A stretch of DNA of 64,000 nucleotides from Zootoca vivipara (lineage: Eukaryota), in NCBI RefSeq assembly GCF_963506605.1, contig NC_083290.1, positions 32,240,001-32,304,000 of the forward strand, written 5' to 3'. Shown here in pieces: positions 59,301 through 64,000 of the stretch. Each line of letters starts with the position of its first letter. Position 1 is the first letter of the stretch. The notes beneath the pieces are model-generated. The model had not been told where the DNA came from. It ran no database searches and saw only the letters and a program-made list of their open reading frames with translations. The position numbers and the translations under genes were made by a program.

Positions 59301-61800
59301 CCGTTCGTGAGTCGATCTGGGTCACTGGGAGAAGCGCCGTTCTGCATATGTGTAGACGGCGGCAGCTGCTTCTGCGCATGTGCAGTCTGCAGAAGCCGCT
59401 TCTGCGTATGCGCAAAACGCAGCAAACCCAGTATTGGCTTCCGGGTTTGTTGCGGTCGCGAGTTGGATTGTTCGTGAGTAGGGGTGGGGGTAAGTTGTGG
59501 TTCTACTGTACAGTCATACCTTGGATCCAGAATCCCTTGGTCCTCGGACGTTTTGGCTCCCGAATGCCGCAAACCCGGGAGTGTTCCAGTTTGCGAATGT
59601 TCTTTGGAACCCGAACATCTGATGGGGCTTCCGTGGCTTCAAATTGGCTGCAGGCAATCAGAAGCCACCCTTTGGTTTCTGAATGTTTTAGAAGTCGAAC
59701 GGACTTCCGGAACGGATTCCGTTTGACTTCCAAGGTATGACTGTACAGGCAACCCTCCTCTTACACTGGGGACATGGCCCAGGGGTAGCGCCTAAAGCAC
59801 TTTGGGTTCAATGACATGTGAGATTGTGAATGTCCCCCCACCCCCTTCCAATTTATTTATTTATTTGCCAGGTATGTAAAACTGAATGCACCCAAGTCAA
59901 ATGTGTGTGTGTGTGTTGCAAGTTGCTTGTATGGGCACATGCATCATAGCATGGGGGAAGTGCTGGGGATCGCCAAAGGATTCCCCCCCCCCCGCATTTG
60001 TATTTGGTGGCAAATATGACTGCAACATGAATTGTGTGTTAGGAGACATGCATACAGCCCATCAGTGAGCCTTGTGCAAGAACATTGCCAAACCTGTTTC
60101 ACCACTTGCTTCCCCTACAACCAGGTCAAGTTCAACAAAGCCCTTGCCGATCACTCCATGGCTCAGACCCCACGCCTCATTGATGGAATTGTGCTCACCA
60201 AATTTGATACCATAGACGACAAGGTAAATGGGGCCCATAGGTTGCAATTGTTTGGGGCTTCGGTGGGAGGAGTTTTTCTTTTTTGATGAAAAAAGCAGCA
60301 TTTTTTTGGGGGGGGGGGTATGGCTCCGGGGAGGTGGCCAATGTTAGGCCTTCAGGCCTCCTGTCTGCTACGGGCAACCTCCACTCTCCCCAGGCTGCAC
60401 CTCTCACCGGCTTTGCTCTACTCTTGAGTGCTTTTGCCTGGTTGGAATATGTGGTTGAACTGTGATAATGCCTCTTGCTTGCCTGGATGGAGAGGTGTTG
60501 GGGAGGGAAGACTTGACCTTCTCATATGGGTGGAATGTAGCCATTCCATAAAGGGAGGAGTCACATGTTGCTCCGCCCACACACGCCTTTGGGCCTGTCC
60601 ACCACTGGCATGCCCCCCCCATGCTCAATGGATCGCAAGGTAATGTGGCCATTGAGCTGAAAAGGTGTCCCCCCCCCTCCTGCTTTGGCAGTTTTTACCA
60701 GCTAATAAGCTTTTTCTGTGGATATTTTAGTAAACACAGTTCTCTGAAGAACTGAATAGAATCAAAAAGCACTGGATAATTTTGGAAGGCTTACTAAATA
60801 CATCTTTCTCCCATCCATAGAATTAATCCCTTCCAGTTTTGTGCTGTTCTGCCACCTGGAGCTTTTGATGGCTTCTAGATTATGATCCGCCAAGCCTCTT
60901 TTAAGTTACAGAAGGGCTTTTGGGGGCCCGTAATATGTTTCCCTTTCTAAAATGTTCAGTTAAGTGCTATGCCACATACTGTTGAACCTTTCTCTTGGAT
61001 TTTTCTTCTTCTTCAAGCAGCCTTGTGATATGGCTGCAGGGGAGGCATAGCTGGAACCTATACACTAGGACCGGGGCGACATTTGGTTTTCAACATTGAG
61101 ATAGATCGGCAGCTAAATACCAGTATATGCTGATTTATCACGCTGTCTGGAATGTTTGTCAGCTGTTTCTTCCTCCCAACCTTAGAGTAGGAAGAACAGC
61201 TGAGATACATTGCCCAACCCTATGACAGTGAATGAGCCCCGGAGGCCTTTTTGGCTCATGCGTGAATTGGAGGGTCACTGGAGCTTCCTTGTTGGGGAAC
61301 AGTATTCCACAGTGGGGGCCATCTTCTTTTATCGAGGTGGAAGTCTGAGCAGATGACTAAGGATCAAGGCAGGTTCATTGGGGGGGGTGCCTTTTTAAAA
61401 TCCCCATATGGTAAGAGATGTACCTTTAGGAGGGGGAAAAAACTGGCTAACATCAGTGGGTGTATCTCCCACATCCTAGACCAGCCTTCTCCAACCTAGT
61501 GGACTAGACACAAGGCACATTTAGTTTTAGTAGCTTTTTTTTAAAAAAACGAGAGGCTGTAACCATGGAAATAGCAAGGATTTCTTTAAGAAAAAACCAA
61601 TGCAATTTCACTGTACACAAGGATACTATATCGTCCTTTCCTACACTAACAGCTGCTTCTTTTCTCCCCAGGTTGGCGCAGCAATTTCCATGACATACAT
61701 CACTAGTAAACCAATCGTGTTTGTGGGTACTGGACAGACCTACTGTGACCTGCGTAGCCTTAATGCCAAGGCTGTGGTTGCTGCTCTCATGAAGGCCTAA
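44019..61800 (+). CDS. SRPRA: Signal recognition particle receptor subunit alpha, about 647 aa, 14 exons: 44019-44144, 48193-48276, 48686-48849, 49431-49591, 50101-50263, 50902-51055, 52572-52678, 52787-52905, 54436-54522, 56664-56836, 57936-58149, 58959-59122, 60125-60223, 61672-61800
   Basis: [21 protein letters not shown]-terminus; SRP-GTPase motifs [25 protein letters not shown]; ends [13 protein letters not shown]. All introns are GT-AG and in phase. Confidence 0.97.
44245..44383 (-). mobile_element. BovB/RTE LINE 3' end
   Basis: Minus strand ...CTGGTCCATGGGGTCACGAAGAGTCGGACACGACTAAACGACTAAAG followed by a (CAA)n-like tail. Confidence 0.85.
47078..47372 (+). mobile_element. tRNA-derived Squam3-like SINE with (CTT)n tail
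   Basis: GCCAGTGTGGTGTAGTGG head, CORE-like GCTGGGTGACCTT.GGC, L2-like end, and about 28 CTT repeats (47289-47372). Confidence 0.8.
53289..53623 (+). mobile_element. Sauria SINE
   Basis: GGCGCTGTGG A box, GGTTCGAATCC B box, CCTTTACCTTTAC tail. Confidence 0.9.
54719..55106 (+). mobile_element. Squam3-like SINE interrupted by a hAT MITE
   Basis: Homologous to 47078-47290. Confidence 0.8.
54863..54998. mobile_element. hAT MITE (136 bp) nested in a SINE
   Basis: TIRs CAGGCACCCCCAAACT / AGTTTGGGGATGCCTG; perfect 8-bp TSD CCTCACAG. Confidence 0.92.
55815..55839. repeat. (CTG)8 microsatellite in SRPRA intron
   Basis: Directly visible. Confidence 0.9.
59260..59743. mobile_element. Two adjacent Tigger/pogo-like MITEs (59260-59508 and 59511-59743) sharing one TA
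   Basis: TA|CAGTGGAACC...GGTTCTACTG|TA|CAGTCATACCTTGG...CCAAGGTATGACTG|TA. Confidence 0.85.
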
Positions 61801-63277
61801 CCACCAGTTATTGCACCAAATTCCTGTCTGCAGATGTCTCAGAATGTGCTTTCCGGCGTGACTGTTTTTAGGAAACCCCCCCCCCCGCCCCGTTTTTGGC
61901 ATAGTGCAACACAAAATGGAGGGATGCTAGAAAAAAGCTGCTTACCTGGCTTTCGGTCCTTCTCCTCTTGATTTTGCTAACACACACCTTCCTTGATGTG
62001 ATGCGTGGGTTTAATTGCAGCAAGAGGTGCCTGTCTTCCTTTGAATTCTACTTACTTTCATACTCATTGGCTCTAAAGGTGTTCCGGGGTTGTCTTCACT
62101 TTTCCCACTGAGCCCTCTTTCCTGTTTCCCTTCATTCTGCCTGCTTGGACAGTCCAAAGCCAGAGCTTTGCCCCCCCCCCCTCCACCCCAGGTTAGCAGG
62201 TGCGATAAAGTCTTTGTGGGGCGGGGGATTGTTCTGTCACTACCTATGAACTCTGCTGTCTTTTAAAACCCTTCTCTCCAGCCATGGGGTAGAGCGGATA
62301 CTGCCTAAGGGCAGCTCTGCTCTTATCAAGCTTCACATTTGCTGATTTCAGTAGATCACAGTAGTTCACCAAAGCTTTCAAACCAAAAAAAAGGAAGATA
62401 GATACCAGAGTGAATTCCTGCTTAACAGGGTGGCTGTTGATGCCTTAAAATGGTCCTCCTTTCTACTGTCAGTGGGACTCCTTACAGCAGGGCCCTCCAG
62501 ACACTGCCCCAGACTGTAGCATTTGTGTGAAAAATGCAGGAACCCGTGATGCCATCCTAATGACATATTTGCAAGTGGGTGTGGTGTGTGACATCCCTTT
62601 CTTTTTCTAATGATGTGTCTCCAGCTGATCAGTGAGCTGCTTCATGGTGCATTTTTTTTCCTTTTTTTGTGGTGGGAATTGAATTACAGGCCCATTCTCA
62701 TACAACGGTAGTGCTTGCTGCTGGCTATCAAGACTCTTCCGCCCACATGCTATAAATTTGCACACTATTGAATGTGTATGCAAAATGGAAGCTTGCAGCT
62801 TACGATGCTTCAGATAATCCCTTTGCCCAGCACAGTCCTGATTCAAACCAAGGGAGGGGGAGGAAACATCTCTGCCTCCAGGAAGAGCTGGTTGTGTGAA
62901 TAATTTGAGGAGGAATTGCGGGTATATTCTGTACTGAACAACTGCCCTTGCTGCTGACACAGGATTCTGGTCCCATAACTCACGGCCTCACCTCCCACCT
63001 AATCATCAGAGGATGGAATGAAACTGGTCAACACAAGCCTTTGCATGCTCTCCCGCCTGCACTGGCTTTTGCTTTTCTAAACCAGTCTGTGACAGGAATT
63101 TTCTGGTGGGTGCTTGCTGCTTTTCTGCCCCCCCCCCTTCAGAGTGCCTCTTGATCCTGGTATAAAGTGCTATGTTAAATACTACAAAACTCTCTATGAA
63201 GATGTCTCGTAGCGCGGTATTGCAGATGTGCTCTAGTGCAATAAGTTGAATGCTGTCTGCTAAAAGGTAATTTATAT

Positions 63278-63283
63278 AATAAA
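63278..63283 (+). terminator. Probable SRPRA polyadenylation signal
   Basis: AATAAA about 1.5 kb after the stop, followed by the U/GU-rich tract TTTCCTTTGTTGTT. Confidence 0.55.
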
Positions 63284-63954
63284 ACTTCATTTTAAAAAAA
63301 GAAACACACTTGATTTCCTTTGTTGTTAGGCGCAGCAGCATAAAAATCCAGGGCTTCAAACTGTTCCAGAAAACCCTCAGCTAGCTTCCAAGAGACCAGG
63401 CAACAAGCTTCCTAGGGATGATCCCTTTCCTGCTGATCTTTTCCCTGCAATGCATGGCTGCAGGCAAGTTCTCTGTGAACCTGATGTACATCTTTGAAAG
63501 CTCCTCAGGATCCTCTGCAAACAGAGGTTTCTTTTAATGTGTGGCAGTGGCTGGTTTGTGAATTTAAAGTCTGTTGCCTCAACTCTTGTTTCCCAGAAGA
63601 AGGCTTACAAGACCCTCTCATTTAGCCCAGTTTCATGTCACCAGTGAGCTTCCATACAATCCAGAGAATGTAGGAATTCTGCTGCAGCAGATGAAAACTG
63701 CACCACATGTAACATCACTTTCCCACCCTTCATACATTGCCTCTCTAGCCATCGCTTCCACCATGAATTTGTCTAAAGTGACTCTTAAGCCAGAGATAAG
63801 TGAACATCCTTTTTTTATTATAGCTCCAAACATATAAAACACTGTATAAAGAAAAGACTTAGAAAACTAGAGCTTCAAGTAATTTTTTTAAAAAATGCTT
63901 GCATTTTAGTTGAAACCCTTACAGAATACAAAAGCACTAGTAGCAAACTCTTGC

Positions 63955-63992
63955 TCAGTGGGAGAGAGGACGGATCTCTCTGCAGATACAAC
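63955..63992 (-). CDS. Possible terminal coding exon of FAM118B (tail-to-tail neighbour of SRPRA)
   Basis: TTTAAG|GT TGT ATC TGC...CAC TGA. Supported mainly by human synteny and my recollection that the human last exon starts G-C; the acceptor context is cut by the window edge. Confidence 0.2.
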
Positions 63993-64000
63993 CTTAAATA

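Overview
This is eukaryotic DNA from a squamate reptile, probably a lacertid lizard, judged from Sauria SINEs, Squam3-like SINEs with (CTT)n tails, and BovB/L2/CR1 fragments. I spliced the genes by hand from splice signals and reading phase. Gene order: DCPS exon 1 (-), TIRAP/Mal (-, 224 aa), (6-4) photolyase/cry5 (+, 10 coding exons, 530 aa), FOXRED1 (-, 11 exons, 501 aa), SRPRA (+, 14 exons, about 647 aa), and possibly the last exon of FAM118B (-). This matches the human 11q24 block DCPS-TIRAP-FOXRED1-SRPRA-FAM118B, with an intact photolyase between TIRAP and FOXRED1. Most interesting points: (1) a head-to-head TIRAP/photolyase promoter with an E-box and two D-box-like PAR-bZIP sites; (2) two GC-AG introns required by the photolyase frame; (3) a solo LTR supplying sense poly(A) signals just after the TIRAP TIR exon; (4) two Penelope inverted-repeat remnants with hammerhead ribozyme cores; (5) a 1.24-kb ORF-less L1-like retroelement inserted at the B-box of a Sauria SINE; (6) MITEs whose internal palindromes are built from NRF1/ETS/CCAAT promoter motifs; (7) a decayed fold-back element of about 400 bp. 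Most ORFs in the supplied track are spurious. Comparisons to other species are from memory; no searches were run.
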